From: Paragordius varius
Taxonomy: Eukaryota > Animalia > Nematomorpha
NCBI GenBank assembly: GCA_964247055.1
Contig: OZ176057.1
Span: forward strand, 3,534,001 to 3,598,000
Reading direction: 5' to 3'
DNA length: 64,000 nucleotides
In this document: piece after piece, positions 24,812 through 37,598 of the stretch
Layout: every line of letters starts with the position of its first letter
How positions within the stretch are numbered: the stretch's first letter is position 1
Notes under the pieces: generated by a model
The model's database searches: none
Told to the model about the DNA's origin: nothing
The model's input: the letters and a program-made list of their open reading frames with translations, nothing else
Made by a program: the position numbers and the translations under genes

Positions 24812-25272
24812 TATATTAAATATAATATATATTTTCAATTGTATTAGCAATTGAAGAATTCAAAGTTAAAAAGGCGTCTAAAAAACTTGAGATCATTTTT
24901 TTATAATAATATATTTTCAATTCATTTTTGTATTATGCGCCTAAAAGGCTGAAAGCATTATAATTTTAGGCTAATACCTTAAATACTTTTTAAGATATTT
25001 ATATTTTAAATCGCTCTGGGAAGATCATGTTAATTAGGGGGAATTTAATCTATATATACTCTTTGTAAATAAATTAAAGTCAAATAATAAAAATTTTAAG
25101 CGCTGTTCTTCATCTTTAAAAATCATAATTATTTTTATACCAAATTGACTCCGTGCATTTTATATAGCCTTAACTTACCGTTTGACCCAAAAATAATTAT
25201 GAAAACCAGTTTTCAAAATTTATATTTTTGGAAAAATTTAAATGATTTTTTGTTATTTGACACAATGAAAAT

Positions 25273-25763
25273 TTATTTTATACTTTCTTCGATTTGAAAA
25301 ATAGGAAAAAGGTTAATATAAACACTCATACTTTTATATAATAAAAGAAATATATAATAATTAAAATTTAAAAGCAGCATAAACAATATTATTGCACAAA
25401 TATGAGAATGATTTGTAGCGGAATTGCCAACATTACAAAAATCCTGTTTGCAACAAGAGTAACACATTTCAAGAGCAATTATATAGGTATCTAATCCTAT
25501 ACAACTAGATGAACAATTGTGTTTACAACCACGTTTGAACAAAGTTATATTGCCGTTTTGTCTTAATCTTGTAACCTAAACAAGAAATAATTATTGATCT
25601 ATACTGAACAAAAAGTGTTTGATGGGCATGTGACTATTTTTAAATTTTCAGAAAAAGTTCCACAATTTTTGTCCTCATCTAAATCACAATCGTAGCATTT
25701 CAAATTTTCACTTTGAATTATATTTAAAATCAAAATAAGGGCTGAAATAATGTGTCTAACCAT
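25273..25763 (-). CDS. Ly6/uPAR (three-finger, quiver/sleepless-like) GPI-anchored protein; exons 25763-25605, 25575-25273
   Basis: MVRHIISALILILNIIQSENLKCYDCDLDEDKNCGTFSENLKIVTCPSNTFCS|VTRLRQNGNITLFKRGCKHNCSSSCIGLDTYIIALEMCYSCCKQDFCN followed by a hydrophobic tail. Shows a signal peptide, a CxxC start, the CCxxDxCN signature and a GPI-type tail. Confidence 0.88.
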
Positions 25764-25998
25764 ACATTCGCAAACCAAGATGTTGAAAAATTTATACAAA
25801 TATATCAAAAATACATCATAATTATATTTTTAAAATTTAACATATATTAAGTTCAATTTTTTTCAGTGCTAATTATCAGTTTACTATCTGAATTTTAAAA
25901 ATGCCCATTCCAGTTTGGTTTATTTTTATATTTATAAACTGCTCCCAATTATAAGACAGTGTAAAAATTAATATTCTAATTGGCTAAGTGTTATTTAA

Positions 25999-27571
25999 CA
26001 CTTGGATACAACACATTCATTTTAGTCCTTCGATTTAAATTGGGGTAGTTAAATGTCGCACGCCTGTTTAAAAATAAATTTTTTAAAAAATATGGAAGGA
26101 ATCGATAGCATAGAATAATTTTGCACTTATATAACGTTAATAAACCCAAATATATGAAAAATTTTATTCAAAAATACTTGGTATTACTTATTTTAAGTTA
26201 AAAGCGAAAGGTAAAAATTTAGCCAAAGTGACATGTGTGAAATGGTAAAATTGAAAAATAATACAAAATATACCGCTTTTTCTATTTCTATCCATGTTAA
26301 ATGTAATTTAAATAAAAAATTAGCTTTTACCCTTAAAATTAAGTGAAGACGATATTTTGCATTTTGTAAAATTAAATTGGCGTTCAAATTGTTTGACATG
26401 GAATTTTTTTTCCAAAAATTTTATTTAGATATTTTGGGATATTTATATAATTATGATTAGGATAGAAGCATAAATTTAAATTGGGACTGTTTCCTTCACT
26501 AGTTTTTTAAAAATCCAAAATCAAATTTAGCCCGGGGTATTTAGATACCCCAATTTGAATCGAAGTCTTAAATATATTCCCTTTTTAATTATTATGAACA
26601 GCGTATATACCGCCATCTAAAACTAATTTTACTGATACCATACCCATAACACTGCACAATATGAATAATATTCAAGAAATATATATTCTAGATAAATGTA
26701 AGAGTTATCATGATGCTTTGACTTTAAGACTTGCATATAAAATAAGACATTTTGGACTTTTTACAAATGTTGAAAACACAAAATTTGCTCACGTTTTGCT
26801 CAATTAAATCTCTATATATAAGACATTTCAATCCAAAATTATTATTAAAATTTATTTATTATATGTAAAAAACAAAAAGTTTAAAAATAATAGTTGTAAA
26901 CTAACAAAGCATCAAATCCGAAATGGGCTAGTTTGTATAAAAAGAATTGGGCCTTGGATTTAGCCATGAAATTTTTATGTTTGACATATAAACAATATTT
27001 ATAATAAGACTTCGATTCAAATTGGGGTATCTAAATACCTCAGACTAAATTTGAGTTAGGATTTTTAAAAACTCCTGGAGGAAACGGTCTCAATTTAAAT
27101 TTATGCGTCTATTCTAATAAAAATTATATAAATATGCCAAAATATCTAAACAAAATTATGTTTTGAAAAAAAAAAATTCTATGTCTAACTACTTTGACGC
27201 CATTTTTATTTTACAAAATTTTTGCAAAATATCATCTTCATTTAATTTTAAGGGTAAATTTTAGGCTAATTTTTTATTTAAATTACATCTAAATTGTTAG
27301 AAATAGAAAAAGCTATTTTTGTAATATTTTTCAATTTTACCATGCACGCATGTCACGTTGACCAAATTTTTACCTTTCGGTTTTAGCTTAAAATAAGTAA
27401 TATCAAGTATTTTGAAAAAAATTTTTATATATTTAGGTTATAAGTGCAAGATTTTGCCATGGTTTTGATTCCTTCCATATTTTTTAAAGAATTTAATTTT
27501 AAACAGGCCTGGGGTATTTAACTATTCCAATTTGAATCGAAGGACTAAAATGAATGTGTTGTATCCAAGTG
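25999..27571. mobile_element. TTAA-flanked element or inverted pair with ~570-bp arms (piggyBac-like target site)
   Basis: ttaa-cacttggatacaacacattcattttagtccttcga ... tcgaaggactaaaatgaatgtgttgtatccaagtg-ttaa. 25999-~26567 mirrors ~27007-27571, with a ~440-bp unique spacer. Confidence 0.8.
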
Positions 27572-29796
27572 TTAATTTTGCTCAAATTTAACAAAATTGA
27601 GGTGCAACACATATTATTTTGAGGCATGATGAGAAAAAATGCTTCAAAAGGTTTTATAAAAACATTATTTAAAATTCGATGAAACTGACCATTTTTATGC
27701 TTAAGATTAAAATTTTCCTCTTTATTGCTTATTATAAAAGCAATTGTTTTTTTGGAAACTTTAATCTGAGTATAAAAATTTTAAATTAAAATAATAAGGT
27801 AATGAAAATGTTTAGATATAGATTTTCCACCATGCTTCAGAATACCATAAAAATCGCTTCACCAAAATTATGGTTATATTTTTTAAGCAGATTATGCATG
27901 TGAAAAAAAAATTATGATGTAAAATTTAGTAAAAATGCTTGCGCTATAGACTTTTGCCTTTATTTTAAACAGAACTAGCATTGACATGTCCCAAAAATTG
28001 CGTTTGGAGCTTACAACTAATATTTAAATCTAATATAAATATTGTTTTTTATATGCATGATATTTTTGTGATATTTAGAATGGTTGATTTTCACCAAAAA
28101 ATTTTAAAGAAATGCGCAATTTTGCCATTTTTGATATGAAGAATTAAGTCTCATAACATCTAAAACCAAAAGCACCATGATCAGATACATTTATCTAAAT
28201 ATTATTTCAACATGGTATTTTTTAAGGACACTATGTTAAAATATTCTTTCGTCTTAAAATATTATTTTAAATATAATATTTTTTTTATAAAATCTCCTAA
28301 ATTTAAAAGCCAACCTTTGTATTATGGAGAAGATAAGAATGTTCGGTATCCTTAAGTTGTATATAGTATTCTATCTAAATGCGTTTTTAGAATGTATTTA
28401 TCATGCTTCGAAAAAGCTTGAACTACGCTTGAACAAAACATTCCCAAAAATTATATTTTCGAAAATCGGTCCATTTTTTCAAAAATATTTATTTATATAA
28501 TAATCCAGCTATAAAATAAATTCATAGCCGAAACAGGGCATTATTCTTTATTTTATCACTAGCTCATTTCTAATGGAAATTTTTAGGGATTCACATCTAA
28601 TGATCTTGTTTTGTTATTTATATGAAATTATATTTTGTAATATTTGTGTAAACATTTGGCTTTCACCAAAAATATTTTTTTACACGTTTGCGCAAATTTT
28701 GTCATTTAATAAGAGGCAGTTACCATAAAAGTATAAATAATTTTTTTATGCATCTTGGAATGACCAAAACCAAAAGCACCATGATTATACTGACACATTC
28801 ACACAGATTTCTACAATTCATCAAAATCTCAAAAATCAAGAATTGAAATTAGATACGAGTTTTAAAAAATATAAGGGTATTAATTAAACATTCCGTTAAA
28901 AATAATTTTATTTATGTATCTATTATATTATTGCTTTGTCGATTGAATTTAAATAGTCTAAATAATTAAATTCCAGTGCCGATATATTGATATTTTTAGG
29001 GTCACATTTGCCATATGCTGCTTTTAGCTGGCTACATAACATTTTGAACAAGTTTGATAAGCTCTAGAATAAATTTAAAAATTATATTATACGGACAAAA
29101 AAGACAATTAAAAACGATAATTATTTTTTAAATCATAACTCTTTTAATATAACTCATCTTTTTGAGTTGCTAAACAGGGAGTAATGTAAATTTTTAATAC
29201 ACTAAATTATATAAGATAACCCCTCATTAGCTGTTTATTTTTTCCATGCGCGATGACCTTTTGGGGTTTCTACCATACAACTGAATAGTAAATTACTGGA
29301 AAGTTGTTTTGGTTAATTAATTGTCACTCCCGTGTTAAAAAACTTAATTTTAACAGTTTTTTGACTTCTAGAGTCCAATATTCAGATACCTATAAAACAC
29401 GATTCTAACAAACAATTATAATAAAAAAAATCAATTTATAGCTAAATTGTAATTCGAATTAAATTTTTCAACCATATACATATATTTGCCTACTGTATTA
29501 GCCATTTAAAAAGTTATTTAAATGGCGGCGAAAATTTCGAGATGAGGATTTTTGTGCAATTAATTATTTTTAAAATGATTTTATTGTATCATGCTTCTTA
29601 GAAGCTAAAAAAGCATTTAAATTTTGCTAAACAATAAAAATATTTAATTTTTTAAATGACCTGGGGTAAAAAAATACCTCAAAAAGTTAAGAAGTGTTAG
29701 GAACCTATTAAAATAAGCACATTATATTGGCAAGTTAATAGTTTTTGGTTTTGCAAAACACAGGCATAGCAACGAATGGTTAAAATTAAACAAATT

Positions 29797-30248
29797 TTAT
29801 AGACCCAGCGGCGTAATAAAAAGGCTAACAATAATGTGTAATGGTAGACAATAAAGTGGGTATTGTATATATTTGATGTAGGATGCATCAGGATTAGACA
29901 AAGTATGGTCATGTGTCTAAAAAATATACTTATTATTTTAACTTCTGTATATGAAAGCCGTTGAAATTTAAACCATATTTAACAATTATTTGTTCAAAAA
30001 AATTGCGAAAAATATAACTAACTTACCATAAGATCTTCCAGATTTTTGTTAACTTCTATATTATCAACTGCAGTTTTACATGATAATATATTGCTCTCCG
30101 TAATATATTTATGGTAATCGCTGTCTTTTTTGATGATATCTAAGAATTGTGTCAAATCATTTTCCAAAGCTTTTACCTTATTTTGAAATTGGGTTATCGC
30201 TTCAATATCCGTATCGATTGATGTTAATAGCTTTTCAAAACACTCCAT
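29797..30248 (-). CDS. Uncharacterised small protein, coiled-coil-like N-terminus with hydrophobic C-terminus; exons 30248-30027, 29916-29797
   Basis: MECFEKLLTSIDTDIEAITQFQNKVKALENDLTQFLDII...NLEDLM|THDHTLSNPDASYIKYIQYPLYCLPLHIIVSLFITPLGL*. gtaagt donor and ttttttag acceptor, phase 0. No family recognised. Confidence 0.5.
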
Positions 30249-31029
30249 ATAGTTTTATATATAATTAAAAAATAGTTATATTAATTGCATATATATGACG
30301 ATAATATTAAAATGGATATTCTAATTGTCACCTACAATGTTAAATTGGTTGTTTAAATGTCTTGTCAGGTTTCTAATTTTTAAGCAATAAAACGGCTTTT
30401 GAGGGGCGTTCAGGTGTTTTTATGATGGGTGGATAGGCTTATTTTTATCTAATTTTGGCCTAAGTATTTTTAAAAACTTAGTATTTAGCCTCTGTGTTAA
30501 AATTTATTTACAAAAATCATTAAAACAAAAATTATGAAGCAATTTTCGAAGTCACTCAAAAATTGTCGATTTCTAATCTTTTAAAACTTTATCCAATTTT
30601 TAATGTTTAGTCGAATTCAAGATATCATATTGTGTAACTTTTTTGTTGTTATGGAGCAATATTCAATAGATTTAAATAATTTTTTATTACAACTAGTATT
30701 CTTTAACGAACGCAACGCAATAAAAAACATATCTAAATTTGTAATAAATGTCCTTCTTTGAAACAACAAGAAAAGTCATTTGATATAATTTACCATATAC
30801 GTATATAATAATATAAGATGATTGATATTTAAATTAAGCAATATTTATAACATGAATGTTCGATTTGAAGATAAAAATAGAAAAATAATATCATGTATTT
30901 CATTTACACTATGTGCGTTTTTAAGGGCTCTACAGTATGGACATTTATGAATGTCCTCACACAATTATTTTCGGCAAATTGGCAACACAGACGTGTATGG
31001 TTAAATTTAGCATGTGCATACTGTAATAT

Positions 31030-31560
31030 TTTCATATGCTACGATTTTTTGCAATAAAAGATTTTAGCCACTCCGATTCCATGCACGCAATATTATTCCG
31101 CAGGATAAGTTTGGTGGTTGATTTTTTAGATGAGGTCGGTATTCAAGATTTTTTGTTTGGTATTAATATAGTTTTTGTCATTTTTTCATGGTCCGATTTT
31201 CAAAACTTTAAATTGTGACTGACACGACCATAAAGACTATTCACAATTTTGTTGAGATTGACAATGACAGGCATATATAAATGATATTTTAGCATAAACG
31301 CTATTCATTATTGAACCATCAATTGATATTGTTGATAATAACTGTATTTCAGGAATAGCTAAAAGTTTAATAAATGATATAGCAGTCATAATTTTAGTTT
31401 TGATTTTCTAGTAAAGGTTGCCAGTAAAAATATTTCCAGTATCCATTTATTGTAATAATGGTTTCCCCTAAATTTATCGGTATATAAAAGGCAATCTATG
31501 GATTCGGGATGGTATACAACTCTTTTGTATCATTTAATTTTAATAAAAAATTGGTTGTAG
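31030..31560 (-). mobile_element. Possible decayed non-LTR retrotransposon debris
   Basis: GC-richer tract with stop-riddled minus-strand frames faintly resembling the RT/zf-RVT C-terminus. Weak. Confidence 0.2.
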
Positions 31561-32998
31561 ACTATAAATCTATTTCTGGGTAAGATCTTGGTTTAACCCT
31601 GTTAAGCAGGTAAAAAGTGTGGAAAATATTTTTTAAAATTATTTCTGAGCAGAACACAAAAAGATTGGCAAGTTACGCAAAATTTATATATTTTTGAATA
31701 AATAGTCAATATGGCTGTTTACCGCCATTTTTTTATAATTGGATATTTGATTTCAGATGAATGCTGGGCATTATAATTTAGCTGCATATTTGGAGTAAAA
31801 TCCAACTTTCAGCGACCCAATAAAATTATTTTCGCATTTCGGTTAAATACTTCAACAATCATACGAAAACAAATCCATTTTATTTTTCAGAGATTTCCCC
31901 TTTGTATCCGGGTATTTTTAACAAAGCATTTGTATACAACATGAAGCAAATAGCTATTTTTAGCTGAATTTCAACAACAGTCAAAAAACTATTTCTATAT
32001 GCTTGATAATGACTTTTGATTCGGTAGAAAATGATCAATTTATGGTTTAATGTCATGTGAAAAAGGTGGATGATCACTGTAAATTAATTAACATGCTAAA
32101 ATTTAAACATCAGTAAAATAAAAATGAGTTATGGCTCTTTTTTTCCCATTTTATTCAATGTTAATACCGGAGAATTTTAAGAGAAAAAGATATAAACATA
32201 TAATGGTTTAAATAATTTTTCTGAGGACCATATAATCCAAAAACTATAGTGATTAGATACACTCTCAACCAGTTCATAAGTTTATAAAAAAATACACTAT
32301 TATAATAAGCTCCGAAAACAAATGTGCTTTCCAATAAAAACGAACCACAAATATTCTATTTAAAAAAATATCGAATAATGTTTTTATTTGGGATTTCCTT
32401 AACAAATGCAAGTCTGCCGAAGAGATTAGGTGAAAAAATCTAGAAAACGCAACTCTAGTTTCTTAATCCTAAGAAATAAGTAATACGTAGTACCCCTAAA
32501 AAACTTAATATAATGAAAGCGAATGTGATGAAAGAAAATTCCTTACTAGCAATAATGAAAATACGACCAAAAGATCACCTAAGGTAAAAATATAAGTCAA
32601 TAAAATATATTTTAATTTAATTTAGAACAACAACCCGATAACCGCAGTTTGATCGATAAGGAAATGGACTCAGACACATTAATTAGCGGAAATTAATGAT
32701 ATTTACCATGGACTGAAAAGGATAATCGAAAATGTCTATCTGCATAGTGAATATAAAAATTATATGATCACAAAAGAGATGAAACTTGTTTTAAAAAATA
32801 AAACCACTTTAAAATTATAATTGTCACCAACTTAACTCGCGATACTGTTACACTATCAAAATGAATTTTAATATTAAACCATTTATTATAATTGGTTTGA
32901 ACTTTTTTTATAATTCACAAATTATTTTATTTATAATTAAATTATATTAAAATTTTTGGTTAAAACAATTTTCAAACTTTTTGTTTTTACTTTTTTAA

Positions 32999-33813
32999 CA
33001 CTTGGATACAACACATTCATTAGAGTCCTTTGATTGAATAGTTGGATACCCCAAGCCTGTTTAAAATTCAATAATTCAAAAAATATGGAATAAATTAAAG
33101 TAATGGCAAAAATTTACACATTTATAACATTAATTAACCGAAATATATAAAAAATTTCATTCAAAGCAACTTTATATTTTAGGTAACCTCAAGTTAAAAA
33201 TTTAGTCAACATGACATGTGTGATTAGCCAAATTTAATAATAATACAAAATAAACCACTTTTTTTGTTTTTATCAATGTTAGATGTGATTTAACACCTTG
33301 ATTCAAATTGGGGTATCTAAATACCCCAGATAAAATTTAAATTATTATTTTTAAAACTACTATGAACGGTCCCAATTTAAAATTATACTATCCTAATAAA
33401 AATTATATAAATATGCCAAAATATCTAAAAAAAATTTTGTTTTGAAAAGTTCCATGTCAAACTACTTCGACGCCATTTAATTTTAAGGGTAAAACTAAAG
33501 ATAATTTTTTATTTAAATTACATCTAAAATTGATAGAAATAGAAAAAGCGGGTTTATTTTGTATTATTTTTTAATATTACCAGTTCACACATGTCACGTT
33601 GACGAAATTTTTACCTTTCGGTTTTAGCTTAAAATAAGTTATATCAAGTATTTTTATATTTATATATTTCGGTTTATTAATGTTATATAAGTGCAAAATT
33701 TTGGTTTCGATTTGTTCTTTACTTTTTAAAATATTTGATTTCAAACAGTCCCGCGGTATCCAACTACCCCAATTTGAATCGAAGGACTAAAATGAGTGTG
33801 TTTTATCCAAGTG
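32999..33813. mobile_element. Shorter derivative of the TTAA-flanked element; further fragments at ~33860-34050 and ~34330-34700
   Basis: ttaa-cacttggatacaacacattcat ... gtgtgttttatccaagtg-ttaa. 33296-33813 closely matches 27010-27571. Confidence 0.8.
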
Positions 33814-34788
33814 TTAAATATAAAATTAGCCTTCATTTTAAAAAATAAAATAAACACGATATTTTGCAAAGATTTTGCAAAATAAAAATGGCGTCCGATC
33901 AGTCTGACATGTTTATTAGATATTTTAGCCTATTTTTATAATTTTTATTAGGATAGAAGCATAAATTTAAATTGGGACCATTTCCTTCAGTAGTTTTATC
34001 AAAATTTTAAGTTTAGTCTGAGGTATTTAGAAAACCCAATTGCATCGAAGTGTTAAACCAAAATCTTATACATAATTTTTTTAACACTACATTACCTTTT
34101 GGGGTTATATCACAGAGCCATTTGATATCTGGTCATGAATTGAGAAAAGTATTTAATATAAAACGGCCAATTTTTTAAAAATAATATATCTTAAATATTA
34201 AAAAAAGTTTGATTTCATAGTGTTTTATAATTTGACAATTCGATATGAGGGATGTAAATATTCTAGGCTATTAAATTGATATATATAAAACTAATAAACG
34301 ACTAAAAGAAACCGTCCCCGTTAAAATTGCTTCTATTATAATAAAAATTCTAGAAATAACAAACTTTTTGCCTAATATGAAAGCTAAGATCAAAGTTAAT
34401 TTTTTTATTTAAATTACGTCTAACAATAATAGAATAGAAAATGTGATTTATTTTGTAATATTATATAATTTAGCTAATGCACACATATCATGTTGACTAA
34501 ATTTTAACCTTTGTGTATTACCTTAAAATAAGCAATATCAAGTATTGTAAATTTTTCATATTTCGGTTCATTAATGTTATATAAGTGCACACTTGTGCCA
34601 TGGTTTTACTTCAATCCATATTTTTTATAATTATTAAACAGGCCTCGGGTATCCACCCCAATTCTAACTGAAGGATTGAAATGAATGTTTTGTATCCAAG
34701 TAGTAACATCATCAAAATCTAATTGTTTAATATTATATCGGATCATATGTATGCCACTTTTTAGTGCAACAAAAAAATTTGATTAAAT

Positions 34789-37543
34789 ATGGATCATATG
34801 CTTAAAAAAATACTTATTTTTTTACTCTTTCTCCATGTAAAAGGTCAAAATTCTAATTATCAAATCTTTATTACATATCCTTTGCATGAATCTAATCCTA
34901 TGTTTGTGTTTCAAGGAAGTTTAAAATTTGTGTTAGTGTTAGAACGGATTGATGCCAAACATAAGGTATCATAAGTTTATATATAACATCTTTTGGCCTC
35001 AAACCTTTAAATTTTAATCTATTTTGACTTGTACTTTTTTTAGGCTGAATTAATCACATTTCATTTACCACAAAATATTGATAATTCCCTACATTCAGAC
35101 TGTAACGACACCGTTTGCTCGATAATTGGGAGTTTTCGCATTGATTCACAAAATTTACATTTTCCAAGTTTTTATTTAAATTATATATCAATTCTACATG
35201 GTTAATTTAATATAACAATTCTTACCACTTTTTATTTTAGGCAAAAATGCCGCAAACCTGAGTCAAGATTTGAAAGCTATTGAATGTTTAATAAATTGGG
35301 AAAATCATTTTGAGAAGGCTCAAAAGAATGAAAATCTCAGGCTGAAATGCGATTATATACCTTTAGGTATAAATAATAATTTATGATCTACTATAAACTT
35401 TATAAGTTTTCTTTTGCTCTTTTCAATTTTTATTAACGGAGGTTATTTATTTAATATTTTTGTAAAAAAATTTATTAATTTTATTTCAAAATTTTTATGG
35501 TATGAAATTGTAATTTTTATGTTACCAACTCTTTTTTTTTGTTTTGCATTAATTTAAAAATTAAATATAATATAAATTATATTAGAGATTTAATTTTACA
35601 ACGGTAAATTTTCGCATGTTAAACTGTGTGGAAATAACTTAAATAGTTATGCTCAGGAATGGATTTAATATTTTCGGAATTTAGTTAGCGGATACCATTA
35701 AGGTTATAACTATAGAATGCGATTTCGAAATATGTTTTAAAGTTTATATAAATGGTCAAACATATATATATTTTAAAAGTTAATAAATTGTAAATTAGTT
35801 TTTTTTGTGAAAAAATGTAAAATTTTTAGCCATCTCATGTAAAAATTGCAAAATTGGATATGTATTATATATATATATATATGTACCATTTTGATATGTG
35901 AATACCCCAAGTCAAATAGTTGTGTCTTGCTAACAAGCACGAAATTAGTCTACTGACGAAAGAGTTTCACATATCACATTATTTTCAGTTTTTATTATAT
36001 AATATTTTTTTTTGTTTTTCCTTTTTCATAATTATTTTTCACGGAACAAACAAACAATAACAATACCGCATTAAACGAGTAAGTTGTTTTGCTACCTTAT
36101 CTAACTTAGTTAGGGTTAGGGTTAAATAATCAATTCAAACGCTTTTTATATGTGAGATAATCTGTAAAAATATATAGCCTAAGGTTTTAAGTTTTTAAGG
36201 CTAATATATATTATCGTATTTCTATGATTTGTTGGATAGAAAACTCTACTAAACGCTATCGAAACATTGATGCAACTGTCAGTGTAAATACCCAAAATGG
36301 CAACTTACTAATTAAGAATCAGAATTACGCGGTAAAAAATGTATCTTTTGGTTGCGCAAAAGACAACCTTGAATTACAGTAAAGATTCATATTATTGTTA
36401 TTATAAGGACAAAACGTAAAAATTAAAAGATATATAATTTTTTTACGTAGATAACACAGCCATACTTTCTTGGACCCTCTATTTTATTTTTAATTACAAA
36501 TGCTTAATATCTATACTTTTTTTGCACAACCCCAAACGATTATTTACATGTGATAAACAATTAAGGTTAAATTGAAAGGCATGGTTGTCATTTTATCCAA
36601 AAAATTTATGTTTTGCCTTTATAAATTTATTTTTCTTTCTTTGTTAAGTCTATGGCCTCCTTTTGGAATTTTAACACTAGAAGCTCCTTTCCGTTTACAA
36701 ATTCTTTGGGCAAACTTGCACATAAAGTACGTTATTTGCAACTCATTTTTTTGTTCATTTGTATATATAATAATCTTTACATATTAATATTAAGGGATTT
36801 AGGCATTATAAAATTGTGTAATTTATTTCTCATAAGCCAATATTATGTCTCCTTACTGTAAAAATTTACTTTATTCCATTTTATCTCATTATAACTTTAA
36901 ATTTAACAGAGTTTTAAATTAAATAATGATATTTTCTCTCCATTATTAACTATAAAATTTAACTGCTGCATAAAACAGTATAACATTATAAGAAGTGAAA
37001 TTCAAAAATTACATATAAATTTACAACGTATTAAATTTTAATGTTGGAGTTTAGTTTAGTTTAAGATCTAACTTTTAATTGTTTAAATAAAGATTAGATT
37101 TGGGGTGAATATTTTATAAAAAATATATATGGGCTTATATAATATATAGTGAACACAACATAATGAATCATTTAAAACTTTTTAGTTTTTATTCATAAGA
37201 ACAAATTTTTCTTAATAGAGCCATTTCTTTGTCAGAAAATTCAACAACCACACAGAACAATGGAACTAATTTTACTTTAGATAATTATCATTGGGGACCA
37301 CGTAAGTTATTTGACAAAGAAAAAATATTATATGAATAGCTTATTTTCAAAAAATTTAATTTACAAATAAATTAAAATATCCACATTCTTTCAGTATTGT
37401 TTTATAAAAATAACCCATATATATATGGAATTGCAATGACATTTATTACTGATTTTCTAAAAAGCAGTTTAAAATTTTATTTTTCTTTATGTATACGGGT
37501 TTGAGTTTTTTAAATGTAATTTATAATTATAAAATCATTTTCT

Positions 37544-37598
<55 letters not shown>

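Noticed and set aside
35586-35702. Apparent extra LAMP exon
   Set aside because: Stops in the required phase; exons 3 and 4 join correctly without it.
36110-36124. TTAGGGTTAGGGTTA telomere-like motif
   Set aside because: Only 2.5 units inside an intron; compatible with chance.
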